DNA of 64,000 nucleotides from Candidatus Bathyarchaeota archaeon (GTDB lineage Archaea > Thermoproteota > Bathyarchaeia > Bathyarchaeales > Bathycorpusculaceae), in assembly GCA_963832745.1 (NCBI GenBank), contig CAWHVC010000001.1, positions 480,001 through 544,000 of the forward strand, read 5' to 3'. The notes under the pieces were generated by a model. That model worked only from the letters and a program-made list of their open reading frames with translations, made no database searches and was not told the DNA's origin. This document shows positions 1-9,324 of the stretch, one piece after another (positions within the stretch are counted from its first letter, which is position 1; each line of letters starts with the position of its first letter). Both the position numbers and the translations under genes were made by a program.

Positions 1-460
1 AAACCGTTACGGCACCCTAAATGAAGATAACCCATTGGAAATCAGCCTTTACCTAACAAAAACAGACAACACCAACACGGCAAAAGAAGTGCTGGTCCGC
101 ATGCTGGTTCACTCGTTTATTTGGCAACAGTACGAGTTTCATTTTAGGGACCGTGTGCAAACGCTTTTTGAGGACATTCTTGCAGATGAATATGTGACAT
201 CAATGGCGGCTTTTATGGTGTTGGGGCGTAAGCCTGGGCGTGCAAACTGCGTTAAAGCGTTAGAGCAAGCAGTTGAGGAGACAGTTTGCAGGTTATCTCA
301 AAAGCAGACTCAATGTAAGCTTGTAGATTTAATGTACAGTTTCTTTCAAGAGGGGAACGGTAAAAATAAAAAGCGGATGGATATCTTGGAAAGTCGGGAA
401 GAGCTTGTGCTAAAGTTGTTGACGTTTTTGCCCAAGAACCTTAAGGAAGACTTTGAATAA
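1..460 (+). CDS. Hypothetical protein, 5'-truncated by the window edge
   Basis: The frame of ORF 35..460 is open back to position 2 (NRYGTLNEDNPLEISL...) and ends at TAA 460. No family recognised. Confidence 0.6.
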   Translation, partial: NRYGTLNEDNPLEISLYLTKTDNTNTAKEVLVRMLVHSFIWQQYEFHFRDRVQTLFEDILADEYVTSMAAFMVLGRKPGRANCVKALEQAVEETVCRLSQKQTQCKLVDLMYSFFQEGNGKNKKRMDILESREELVLKLLTFLPKNLKEDFE

Positions 461-649
461 CTGTTGAACCCATTTGCCTTTTATAGGGTTTGATTAGTTT
501 TCCTGTTGGGGAGTTGCTTGTTTTGAAAAGGGATATGTCTGTTTTGAGTCAGATGTATATTAAAAGGTGTTTTACGTCTCAAGAGTCAATACGTAATACA
601 ATTTGATATTGATATTGCGACTAAGGCTTGCTTACTGCAGGAGAAGGTT

Positions 650-1945
650 ATGAGTAGAAAAATTGAAAAAGTACTCATCGTAGATAACGATAAAGAAACG
701 CTTTTTGACTTATCCAAGGCTCTCGAAATTGACGGTTGCCATGTTAAAACAGCCTTTAAAGGCTTTCAAGCTTTACTCATGACTCAAAAAGAGCATTTTG
801 ACGCCTTCGTAATCGACATAAGTCTTCCAGACATGACTGGCACACAACTGTTAGCCCAAATCCAATCAATCAGCCCAAAAGCAGTCAAAATCATGATAAC
901 CAACAATCCATCACTAGAAAACGCCACCGAATCCATAAACAAAGGCGCAAACGCCTACTACCAAAAGCCAGTCAACCCCCAAACCCTGCTGCATGACTTA
1001 CGAGAAAAACTGCATGCACACAGCGCCCAAAGAGTTGTGTTGGAACGCAAAAAAGAAGACTGGGTTAAGCAGCGAATAAGCAAAATACAATTAAACGAGT
1101 ACTTACAGTTCGCAGAAGAAACCGCCGCTCTTTTTGGAGTTTTCGGTTTAAGCAAGACCCAAGCCAAAATTTACATGGCACTTAACGCCTTAGGAGTTGC
1201 GACGGCTTCAGAAATTGCGGTCTTATCTAAAATCCGCCGTGAAGAAGTTTACCGGATTATGCCTGAACTTGAGAACCGCGGCGTCATCACCAGCCGACTT
1301 GAAGCGCCAAGAAAATTTGCTGCAACAGAACCAAAAACAGCACTTGATATCTTGGTAAAAATGAAGGTTGAAGATTTAGACAAAGAAATGTTGATGCTAC
1401 AGCAACGAAAAGAAGAGTTGATTTCACGGTTGCTTAACACTTCTTTTGGCATTTATGAAGAAAATTCGGTGGAAGCATTGTCTCGGCAAGTTAATGTTGA
1501 CATGCGGTTAAGCCAGATGACCAAGAAGGCTAAAAATCAAATTTTGCTTGTTTGTTCAATTGATGAAATGAAAAAAATCATTAACGAAATGCAGGAAGCA
1601 GCTGGCCTAATCAAGTTGCGCACAATCGTGGGCGAGGGCGAGTTTCAGGATGAAACAGTTGATTCTGTTGATGGGAAGGAGCTTGGGCATTTTTTGGCTG
1701 CGGCTGGACGGGGCAATTGTAGTGTTGATTTGCGTTTTGTGGCTAAGCGGGCGTTTAATTTGGTTATTGTTGATGGGCGGGAGGCTATTTGGGGTGAGTC
1801 CAAATTGTTGAGGTTTGAACGGCGGGTTCTGTGGACTAATGACCCGGTTCAGGTGGGGATTTTGAAGCGTGCTTTTGAGAATCTTTGGCAAGAGAGTGTA
1901 TCTTGTGAGTGTGAGGCTGAGGTCCGGATGGGGTCTTTGGTTTAA
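650..1945 (+). CDS. Response regulator: receiver domain fused to a TrmB-like HTH and effector domain
   Basis: N-terminal REC motifs (VLIVDND, FVIDISLPDMTG, KIMIT, YYQKP), then TrmB HTH (FGLSKTQAKIYMAL...IRREEVYRIMPELENRG) and a TrmB/PLD-like C-terminus (LVIVDGREAIWG...AFENLWQES). Confidence 0.85.
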   Translation: MSRKIEKVLIVDNDKETLFDLSKALEIDGCHVKTAFKGFQALLMTQKEHFDAFVIDISLPDMTGTQLLAQIQSISPKAVKIMITNNPSLENATESINKGANAYYQKPVNPQTLLHDLREKLHAHSAQRVVLERKKEDWVKQRISKIQLNEYLQFAEETAALFGVFGLSKTQAKIYMALNALGVATASEIAVLSKIRREEVYRIMPELENRGVITSRLEAPRKFAATEPKTALDILVKMKVEDLDKEMLMLQQRKEELISRLLNTSFGIYEENSVEALSRQVNVDMRLSQMTKKAKNQILLVCSIDEMKKIINEMQEAAGLIKLRTIVGEGEFQDETVDSVDGKELGHFLAAAGRGNCSVDLRFVAKRAFNLVIVDGREAIWGESKLLRFERRVLWTNDPVQVGILKRAFENLWQESVSCECEAEVRMGSLV

Positions 1946-2051
1946 GGGGTGTTAGTGGGTTGGTACACACACATAATTATTATATCTTGAGTCGTAGCAC
2001 ATCAATACATATCTTAAATCGTAAATCATAAAGCACATCAAAGGTTAAGCC

Positions 2052-2363
2052 ATGCAACCCCACAAATCATCAAAACTTGAACTATATTTAGAAATCCTAA
2101 GATCAATAGAAACAAAAAAACCCACAAAACTTGAATCAATCAAAAGACGAACAAACATAGACGAAAACTTTCTGAATCACGCCGTCGTTTTCCTGGAAAA
2201 ACTAAACCTTGTAACCAAACGAAGCATCAACAACCAACTAAGCATCAGAAGCACCTTACGCGGCGAACGCATAAGCAGATACCTCACCGAGTTAGCCCAC
2301 GGCACCTTCTTCTACGTACTACCAAACGACGCAACATGCCCAAACGAACGTTACCCACAATAA
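2052..2363 (+). CDS. Small archaeal winged-helix DNA-binding protein
   Basis: SKLELYLEILRSI...IKRRTNI...LEKLNLV...STLRGE matches the small archaeal wHTH pattern. Confidence 0.7.
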   Translation: MQPHKSSKLELYLEILRSIETKKPTKLESIKRRTNIDENFLNHAVVFLEKLNLVTKRSINNQLSIRSTLRGERISRYLTELAHGTFFYVLPNDATCPNERYPQ

Positions 2364-2436
2364 ACCAAACCAATTTTTTAATAACATAGCTGGAATTGAA
2401 AGGTATTAATATCGAAAATCAGTTTGCCATACACAG

Positions 2437-3285
2437 GTGCAACAATTGAAAAGGTCCGCAGTCATCGCAACAACTGTTTTAATGATTATTTCGTGTGCTT
2501 CTTTTTTAGGAGCCGCTTCAGCGCAAAGTTATTTGCCGGGTGTGAAGTATGGGGACTTTTTCAAGTATCAATATGAACTTTCTACAAATGTTACGGGCAG
2601 CCGCCAAACTTCGTTACCCTCAGATCCTCTTGTTGAGCAAGCTAAAACAATAGACCATATTGATATATCAATTACTGGAGTCTCGGGTAGTGTTGTTTTG
2701 GCTGACACGATAACACAGTACAAGACGGGAACCCAGCAAGAATACGCTGGAACCTCTAATGTTGCCTCAGGAAACGGTACGCTTGCCCAGTTTTTTATTG
2801 CCGCAAACTTGGCTGCAAATAGTCCATTGCGTGTGGGTAGCGCAGATACAATCAACGGAACAATTACAAGAACTTATACTTCAGGCACAAGAGAACTGAA
2901 TTACCAAAACATTACCAAAGAAACCATTATTCCACCTGACCAACTAACACAATACAACATAACTGTCCCTCTCACTCAAGTTAACACGCAAGTAGCATAT
3001 TGGGACCAACAAACCGGAGCACTTGCACAGCTTACTTACCGCATGGTGTCAACTTCCACACAAGTTAACGCCACTCTAACGCTAACCCTCAACCTGGTTG
3101 AATCCAACGTTTTCGCCGTACCAGAATACCCCACAATCCTTGTCCTGCTGGTCATGGTTATTCCAGCGTTTGCCGCCGTAAAATACCGCAAAAAATTGAA
3201 GCAACTAAATTTTTTTTTGAAAAATGGCAGAGCGGATTCTAACAGGCCACTATTCCTAAAAGATGACTTTTACCAGTTGCGCTGA
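2437..3285 (+). CDS. Secreted/surface protein with PEF-CTERM-like sorting signal
   Basis: Signal peptide, PGVKYGDFFKY start of the mature region, Thr/Ser-rich body with N-x-T sequons, then VPEYP, a TM helix and a basic tail (KYRKKLK). Confidence 0.75.
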   Translation: MQQLKRSAVIATTVLMIISCASFLGAASAQSYLPGVKYGDFFKYQYELSTNVTGSRQTSLPSDPLVEQAKTIDHIDISITGVSGSVVLADTITQYKTGTQQEYAGTSNVASGNGTLAQFFIAANLAANSPLRVGSADTINGTITRTYTSGTRELNYQNITKETIIPPDQLTQYNITVPLTQVNTQVAYWDQQTGALAQLTYRMVSTSTQVNATLTLTLNLVESNVFAVPEYPTILVLLVMVIPAFAAVKYRKKLKQLNFFLKNGRADSNRPLFLKDDFYQLR

Positions 3286-3564
3286 ACAGAAAAGGGCTTT
3301 GGTTCCGCCAATCTGGTAGGCAATCCGTAGCGCCTCCAAAATCTCATCTTTTGATGCGCCAGCAGCAAGGGCTCTTTTGCCTAAAACAACGGCGCCTTCA
3401 AGAGCGCCCTCTGCAACATCAATTGCCAAAGCAATAAGAAGCTTAAACTTTGCAGGCAAAGCCCCATCAGAATAAGCCAACCCAACAAGGTTTTGATATT
3501 GTTCAACGAGTTTAGGATCAAGTTCCCTGTATTTTTCAAGCGGATTTATAGACATATCAATCAC
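3256..3564 (-). CDS. Carboxymuconolactone decarboxylase/AhpD-like family protein
   Basis: DGALPAKFKLLIALAID...ALAAGASKDEILEAL signature; lacks the AhpD CxxC. Confidence 0.8.
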   Translation of the reverse strand: MIDMSINPLEKYRELDPKLVEQYQNLVGLAYSDGALPAKFKLLIALAIDVAEGALEGAVVLGKRALAAGASKDEILEALRIAYQIGGTKALFCSAQLVKVIF

Positions 3565-3605
3565 AAAACATGTTGCATTGACTGGATTAAAAATTTAGTG
3601 TTGTA

Positions 3606-4832
3606 TTAAGGCGGGTAGATTGGCAGTTTAATTTGGAACTTTGTACCCACTCCGACTTTGCTTTTAAAGCCGATGCTGCCGCCTTGAGCCTCAACCAAAC
3701 GTTTGACCACAGCCAACCCTAATCCTTGACCTTTAGCTTTAGTGGTGAACATGGGTGAGAAGATTTTAGCTTTTAATTCTTCAGGTATGCCAACTCCGGA
3801 GTCCGCTATGATGATGCAGATGCAATCGTTTTCTTGGCAGGTGGTGATTTTGAGTTGGCCGCCGTTTGGCATTGCTTGGATGGCGTTGTTGATTAGGTTA
3901 GTTAATACACGTTTGGTAAAGGTGTGTTCTATGCTTATTTCTGGAAGAGGTTTGATTTTAAGAAGCAATTTTATGTTGCTTGGAAAAGTGATTGTTTTAA
4001 TTACTTCCGAGATTAGATTTTCCAAGTTTACTTTTTGAAATTCCGGTTTTAATGGTCTTGAGTAATCTTGTAGGTCTGCAATTATCTTGTTGATATATGA
4101 TATGCCCTGTTCGATGCTGTCTAAGCTCTCGATAATGTTTTGTTTGGTTTGGTTGGGGGGCATGTCGGTTAATTCTGTTTTTATTAGGTAAACTTCACCA
4201 GTGAGTGCTTGCAGTGGGTTGCGGATGTCGTGTCCAACCATGCCTGCAGTTGCACCAATCGCGGCTAACCGTTCTTTGTCCTGAAGTTGCCGGGTACGTT
4301 TCGCCACTAACTCCTCAAGATGCCTACTGTACTGCTGAATTTGGTCTTCAGCCTGCTTCTGCTCCGTCACATCCTGATCCACGCCAACCACAACCGTGAC
4401 TTTTCCCTCAGCATCTACACCAACTACTTGACGCTGGGAACGAATTATGTGAACTGACCCGTCATGCTGGATTATACGGTAATCAAAGCGTTCTCTATGA
4501 TTCAAGGACGAATGCAACATAATCTGCACATTTTTATTGGCTGACTCTAAATCATCCGGATGAATAAAGCTTGCATATTCTTCCCAGGTAAAACCAGTAG
4601 TTCTAGGTTCAAGACCAAAAACACGATACATCCCAGGTGACCAGATGGCTCCAGCTTCTGTCTGTACAATGTCAAGTTCCCAACTGCCAAAATTCGCCAC
4701 CTGCTCCGCTAAAGCAAGAAGCTTCGTATTTTGACTTGCCAAACTGCGTTTCTTCTTTGCAGCAGTTTTCTTCTTTTTAGATAGAATAAAATCAGAATCA
4801 GATACAGAGGCACCCAACAACATTTGCCTCAT
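3606..4832 (-). CDS. PAS-domain sensor histidine kinase
   Basis: PAS_3 (GSWELD...IHPDD...DVTEQK), HisKA (GHDIRNPL), HATPase (NAIQAM, DSGVGI, GQGLGL). Soluble. Confidence 0.9.
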   Translation of the reverse strand: MRQMLLGASVSDSDFILSKKKKTAAKKKRSLASQNTKLLALAEQVANFGSWELDIVQTEAGAIWSPGMYRVFGLEPRTTGFTWEEYASFIHPDDLESANKNVQIMLHSSLNHRERFDYRIIQHDGSVHIIRSQRQVVGVDAEGKVTVVVGVDQDVTEQKQAEDQIQQYSRHLEELVAKRTRQLQDKERLAAIGATAGMVGHDIRNPLQALTGEVYLIKTELTDMPPNQTKQNIIESLDSIEQGISYINKIIADLQDYSRPLKPEFQKVNLENLISEVIKTITFPSNIKLLLKIKPLPEISIEHTFTKRVLTNLINNAIQAMPNGGQLKITTCQENDCICIIIADSGVGIPEELKAKIFSPMFTTKAKGQGLGLAVVKRLVEAQGGSIGFKSKVGVGTKFQIKLPIYPP

Positions 4833-4947
4833 ATAAAAGAACCTAAAGGCGGCTAATTAAGACTTTCAGACATGAAATTGCCGCTAATCAACCGCGTTTA
4901 GCTGCTTCAAATTTAACCGAAAAAAGCATTCATTTGTCGGAGCCAAA

Positions 4948-5079
4948 CTATTTTCCCTGGACTTTTTGACCTGCCTTCTTTGCTTCATCCTCTGTTTTAT
5001 GTCCCACACTTTTTGCACCTTCTGCAGTTTTGTTTGCGGCTTCTTCTGTTTTCTTTTTTGCTTTACCAAAAACTGACGT
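4948..5079 (-). CDS. Small hydrophilic LEA/CsbD-like protein (43 aa) with apparent ACG start
   Basis: Not in the ORF track. Reads (T/M)SVFGKAKKKTEEAANKTAEGAKSVGHKTEDEAKKAGQKVQGK*. A perfect SD, GGAGGTGA, lies 5 nt upstream of the ACG. Confidence 0.6.
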   Translation of the reverse strand, partial: TSVFGKAKKKTEEAANKTAEGAKSVGHKTEDEAKKAGQKVQGK

Positions 5080-5279
5080 ACACTTCACCTCCTACATAAA
5101 GAAAACTTCTTTACCTTATGATTTTAGACATCAAAAATTAAAGATATGTGACTGTAACAACATCACCCCATTAACTGACAATCAGAACGCTAGTTTGGCA
5201 CTGAAGAAACTTGATTTATGAAATAAAGATAGATGAATCCAGTTTATAAGTAAAAAATAATTTCTCTGTAAGTCAGAAA

Positions 5280-5357
5280 TGGTGGACCGAGCGGGATTTG
5301 AACCCGCGACTTCCTCGTTGCGAACGAGGCGATCATGCCAGACTGATCTATCGGCCC
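5280..5357 (-). tRNA. tRNA-Ala (anticodon CGC), CCA encoded, no intron
   Basis: GGGCCGA...CCTCG TT CGC AA CGAGG...GGTTCAAATCC...TCGGTCC ACCA; G3:U70 Ala identity pair. Confidence 0.95.
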
Positions 5358-5454
5358 AATATAGCTCCTCAATGAATCCATACTTTTGACTTTTAGAGCT
5401 TTCGGTATCCAAACCCTGCTTGCATTGCAGTGCTAACCTGCCACGGAGTATTGC

Positions 5455-5904
5455 TTATATCCAGTCTTCGTCAGCACGCCTATAGTTAACTAAATTTTCC
5501 ATTTGGAAAAATATTTTCATTTCCTCTTGAGCGTTTTCCGCTGAATCAGACGCGTGAATCACGTTTTTTTGTGTTTCCAGTGCCATGTCGCCTCTTATTG
5601 TGCCGGCTGCGGCTTCTTTTGGGTTTGTTGCGCCAATCATGCTGCGGACTGTCTTAACGGCGTCAGTGCCTTCTATCACCATTGCCACGACGGGTGCCGA
5701 GGTGATGTATTCAACTAGGCTTTGGTAGAATGGTTTGCCTTTGTGTACGCTGTAGAGTTGTTCTGCTTCGGTTTGGGTGATTGCATGCATTTTTAAGGCG
5801 ATGATTTTTAGGCCTTTGGTTTCGAATCTTGCGATTATTTGACCGATTAAGCCTCTGGTTACTGCGGAGGGTTTGAGCATTGTAAAGGTTACTTCTTTGT
5901 TCAT
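5455..5904 (-). CDS. ndk: Nucleoside diphosphate kinase
   Basis: [29 protein letters not shown] catalytic His motif. Confidence 0.97.
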   Translation of the reverse strand: MNKEVTFTMLKPSAVTRGLIGQIIARFETKGLKIIALKMHAITQTEAEQLYSVHKGKPFYQSLVEYITSAPVVAMVIEGTDAVKTVRSMIGATNPKEAAAGTIRGDMALETQKNVIHASDSAENAQEEMKIFFQMENLVNYRRADEDWI

Positions 5905-5954
5905 TTGTTATCAGATTGATTTAACGTGGTTTGTTTTAATCTACTTTTTGTTTG

Positions 5955-5971
5955 CGAAAATTGCTTATATG
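5955..5971 (+). promoter_or_regulatory. BRE/TATA-like promoter (CGAAAA TTGC TTATAT) ahead of the candidate ncRNA
   Basis: Purine-rich BRE followed by TTATAT about 20-26 nt before 5991. The next + strand CDS is about 370 nt away. Confidence 0.5.
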
Positions 5972-5990
5972 CGCTGGCTGGTTTGGTTTT

Positions 5991-6111
5991 GTCGGGGCAG
6001 GTAACAGTTTAACGGTCCGTGCTAGTTGTGCAACTGCATTGTGCTTTCCGATGCTTCTGTTGCTTTGTTTTTAATAACAACTTGTTGGCATACAAATATG
6101 CTTGCTCTGGC
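5991..6111 (+). ncRNA. Candidate ~120-nt structured ncRNA, family unknown
   Basis: 13-bp terminal helix (5991-6003 with 6099-6111) rich in G-U pairs, nested inner helices, TATA at the expected distance, no ORF. Confidence 0.5.
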
Positions 6112-6336
6112 CCTACCCTCTATAGCGTTCAATATAGAACTCTAATAGCAGCCAAATAGGCGCCAATTTCAAGGTAACTTGTAAATCTGGCGATTCTCAA
6201 GGTTCATATGCTTGGTTTCTGATTGTTATTCGTGTTTTTCTCAGTTGAACTTGAAAGCATTTTGAACATTTCGTTTATTAAAGTGTTTACGGAATTATCA
6301 ATTGTAACACTTCTTTTTCAATAGAGCTGATTATTT

Positions 6337-8211
6337 GTGTCGATAAGCAATCAGAATACAATGAGAAGGCAAATCAAAAATTTTGCTTTACCAAAAAAGA
6401 GGTCTTACAACAAACAAGAACTAATTAAATCAGAAGAAAAATTTAGAGGATTAGTTGAGGCTACAAGCGATTGGATTTGGCAAACAAACCAAAACGGCCT
6501 TTACACTTATGTTAGCCCCAAAATTAAAGACATATTAGGATATGAACCTGAGGAGGTTCTAGGCAAAACACCTTTTGACTTGATGCCTAAAAGGGAAGCC
6601 ACAAAAATATTAAAGACTTTTACAGCTTTTTTAAAAAATAAGCAACCCTTTTTTAATCTTGAAAACTGGAATTTGCATAAGAATGGCCGATTGGTTCTGC
6701 TTGAAACTAGTGGAGTTCCAGTTATTGACGAAAAAGGGCATCTTCTTGGTTACCGTGGTATCGACCGAGATATAACGGAACGCAAAAAAATTGAGGATGC
6801 ATTAAAAGAAAGTGAGCAGCTTTATCGTACCCTGTTTGATAACAGTGACGATGGCTTTCTGCTGCTTGAACCAATCTGTGAAAATGGCAACTTTGATTTT
6901 AGATTTTTAAAACTTAATAAGGCATATGAGCGCCAAACTGGCGTTAAAGCAGAGGCTGTTTTGTGCAAAAGAGCAAGAATTGTTGTTCCTGACCTTAAAG
7001 AAGAAGTGTTCATGAATGTCTTCAAAGTGGCTAAAACAGGCAAATCAGTGCGCACCGAAGAATACACTAAAGCTACCCACAGATGGTTTGATGCCTACTA
7101 TTTTCCTTACGCCGAAGGTAACGTTGGTATTCTTTTCAGGGATATAACTAATCATAAGAAGGCTGAGCAATCTTTGAGGCGTTCTGAAGAGCAGTACCGC
7201 GTTTACGTTGAAAGTTCGCCTGTTGCATTTTTCGTCATTGACTCGAAAGCAAAATATATTCAGGTAAATGATAGAGCATGTAAACTGTTGGGTTACTCTA
7301 GAAAAGAGCTATTGGAAATGACTATTTTTGACATTGTTTTTAAAGAAGATATTCCGTTGACAAATGAACAATACTCTGAATTGAAAGAAAACGGCAAATC
7401 AATACGAGAGTTTAGATTAAAAAGAAAAGATGGAACGCCGATATACGTCATTTTAAATGTAGTGCTGTTGTCCGATGGACGGGCTATGGCTTTCTGCGAA
7501 GATATTACGGAACGTAAAAAGCTGGAAAAGTTACTACAGGTTAAAGAGCGGCTTGCTGCTATTGGGGCTACAGCTGGCATGGTTGGACACGACATCCGCA
7601 ACCCATTGCAAGCCATGTTAAGCGACATTTTTCTATTAAAATCGGAATTGACTTCTCTTCATGAAAACGTTAGAGAGATTGTAACTGAAAGCTTGGATAA
7701 CTTGGAAACTAACATTATGTATATCAACAAAATAGTAGCTGACTTACAAGACTATTCCAGAACCTTGAGTCTTGAATTAAAAACTGTTGAACTTTCTGAA
7801 GTTATTGTTAACGTATTAAACACGGTATATGTTCCAGAAAAGATTGCACTTTCAATCAACATTGACAGCGGGCTTCCAACCATAAAAACTGACCCTATCT
7901 TATTACAGCGTGTATTAACTAATTTGGTCAACAATGCCATTCAAGCAATGCCCAATGGCGGCAAATTAGACATAACCAGCTTAATTAAAGAAAACAATTT
8001 AGTCATTAATGTTTCTGACACTGGAGTCGGCATTCCTGAAGAAATTAAACCTAAACTTTTTGAGCCAATGTTCACTACAAAAGCCAAAGGGCAAGGGCTA
8101 GGATTGGCTGTCGCAAAAAGACTAGTAAAATCATTAGACGGCACTATAACATTCAAAAGCAAAGTGGGTGAGGGAACAAAATTTACAATAGAGTTGCCAC
8201 TTGTTACATAA
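6337..8211 (+). CDS. Multi-PAS (3x) sensor histidine kinase
   Basis: Three PAS repeats ending DITERK/DITNHK, HisKA GHDIRNPL, HATPase N/G1/F/G2 boxes. Confidence 0.92.
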   Translation: MSISNQNTMRRQIKNFALPKKRSYNKQELIKSEEKFRGLVEATSDWIWQTNQNGLYTYVSPKIKDILGYEPEEVLGKTPFDLMPKREATKILKTFTAFLKNKQPFFNLENWNLHKNGRLVLLETSGVPVIDEKGHLLGYRGIDRDITERKKIEDALKESEQLYRTLFDNSDDGFLLLEPICENGNFDFRFLKLNKAYERQTGVKAEAVLCKRARIVVPDLKEEVFMNVFKVAKTGKSVRTEEYTKATHRWFDAYYFPYAEGNVGILFRDITNHKKAEQSLRRSEEQYRVYVESSPVAFFVIDSKAKYIQVNDRACKLLGYSRKELLEMTIFDIVFKEDIPLTNEQYSELKENGKSIREFRLKRKDGTPIYVILNVVLLSDGRAMAFCEDITERKKLEKLLQVKERLAAIGATAGMVGHDIRNPLQAMLSDIFLLKSELTSLHENVREIVTESLDNLETNIMYINKIVADLQDYSRTLSLELKTVELSEVIVNVLNTVYVPEKIALSINIDSGLPTIKTDPILLQRVLTNLVNNAIQAMPNGGKLDITSLIKENNLVINVSDTGVGIPEEIKPKLFEPMFTTKAKGQGLGLAVAKRLVKSLDGTITFKSKVGEGTKFTIELPLVT

Positions 8212-8255
8212 TCAAAACATTTCGCATGTTTCAACAGTAACCCCACCAAAAAATC

Positions 8256-8828
8256 TTACTTCAAATAGTTGAAGTAGATAACTGAACCACTAAAGCGTTT
8301 ATAATGTTTGTATTTTTCACGAATTTCCCTGTTCTTAAAAGCAAAAGTAGAGATTGCTTCCCAGAGAAAAACCCATCCACCTATACTTATGCCCTCGACT
8401 AGAGTGGAAAATACGATGTTATCAAGAATCAAAGGTCTAAGCGAATACGACGCTAACAGCAGGATAAATGCAGCCAACACATAGAATGCACTTTTTTGGT
8501 GTGAATTTTTTATTTCTATCCTGAGCGAGTTTCTAACATTTGAAAAATATGTCTTTAACCCAGATTTTATTTTTTCTTCCTTAAGCGAATCCTGTTTTTC
8601 TCGGGAGACAGTGAATTTGATTTTTATGTCATGTTTTATCGGTATATCGCTTGAACATTCTTCTAAAAACATGCGCAAATCCCGATTCAAATCGCGAATT
8701 CTGAAAGGTGCAGAGTCTAATTCATTGAAAATATCGTTATAATCCTCGATTGCTACACTGATAATGAATGAATTCGAACCGCTATCAAATTCATATATTT
8801 TCTCTAACGCTTTTTCATCATTTTTCAT
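8256..8828 (-). CDS. Conserved hypothetical membrane protein (2 C-terminal TM helices)
   Basis: DIFNELDSAPFRIRDLN soluble domain plus two hydrophobic helices (EGISIGGWVFLWEAI). Confidence 0.7.
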   Translation of the reverse strand: MKNDEKALEKIYEFDSGSNSFIISVAIEDYNDIFNELDSAPFRIRDLNRDLRMFLEECSSDIPIKHDIKIKFTVSREKQDSLKEEKIKSGLKTYFSNVRNSLRIEIKNSHQKSAFYVLAAFILLLASYSLRPLILDNIVFSTLVEGISIGGWVFLWEAISTFAFKNREIREKYKHYKRFSGSVIYFNYLK

Positions 8829-9066
8829 AATAAACTAAAACCAAGTAACCATTACTCATAGAATATGTGTACATAAAGAGTAAGCCAGTATATTAACAAC
8901 CTATTTACTTAAAAGAAAATCACCATTAGAAATCAACATTTTAGAGCACCAGTTCAAAGTAAACTGCTTAGCAGTCCTTCCTTGTTATTTTCGCTCAAGC
9001 TAATTGTGTACAAAAGAAAAAGACCTAAAGTAAGCCCTTCACTTAACGAGTAAAGAAGCAAGTGCT

Positions 9067-9324
9067 TTAAGAACTATTTTTGGTTTGTCCCCTAAAAGGA
9101 GCCGGAATTATTTCTCTCTCAAGTAACGCGTAGGCACTAATGCCTCTTCTTTCACTGTTTGTCTGAGGTAACGTAGCTATGTTGGAAAACTTTACAACCC
9201 ATCCGTCTTGAGCTAACTGATTTAGTTCCCTTTCAAACTTTGATGCTACTGAAATTCCAAAAGAAAATTCTCCAGCGTTATCTTCCCAATAAACCACTTT
9301 GTATTCGTTCATAATATGATCCAC
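9067..9324 (-). CDS. DUF4177-like small protein
   Basis: EYKVV...FERELNQLAQDGWVV...ALLERE pattern. Confidence 0.65.
   Translation of the reverse strand: MDHIMNEYKVVYWEDNAGEFSFGISVASKFERELNQLAQDGWVVKFSNIATLPQTNSERRGISAYALLEREIIPAPFRGQTKNSS

Noticed and set aside
4884-5069. 61-aa K/Q-rich ORF in the track
   Set aside because: Off-frame shadow of the SD-led 4948..5079 frame, which gives the more protein-like sequence.
5182-5412. 76-aa ORF on the minus strand
   Set aside because: It overlaps tRNA-Ala completely and is a translation of the tRNA.
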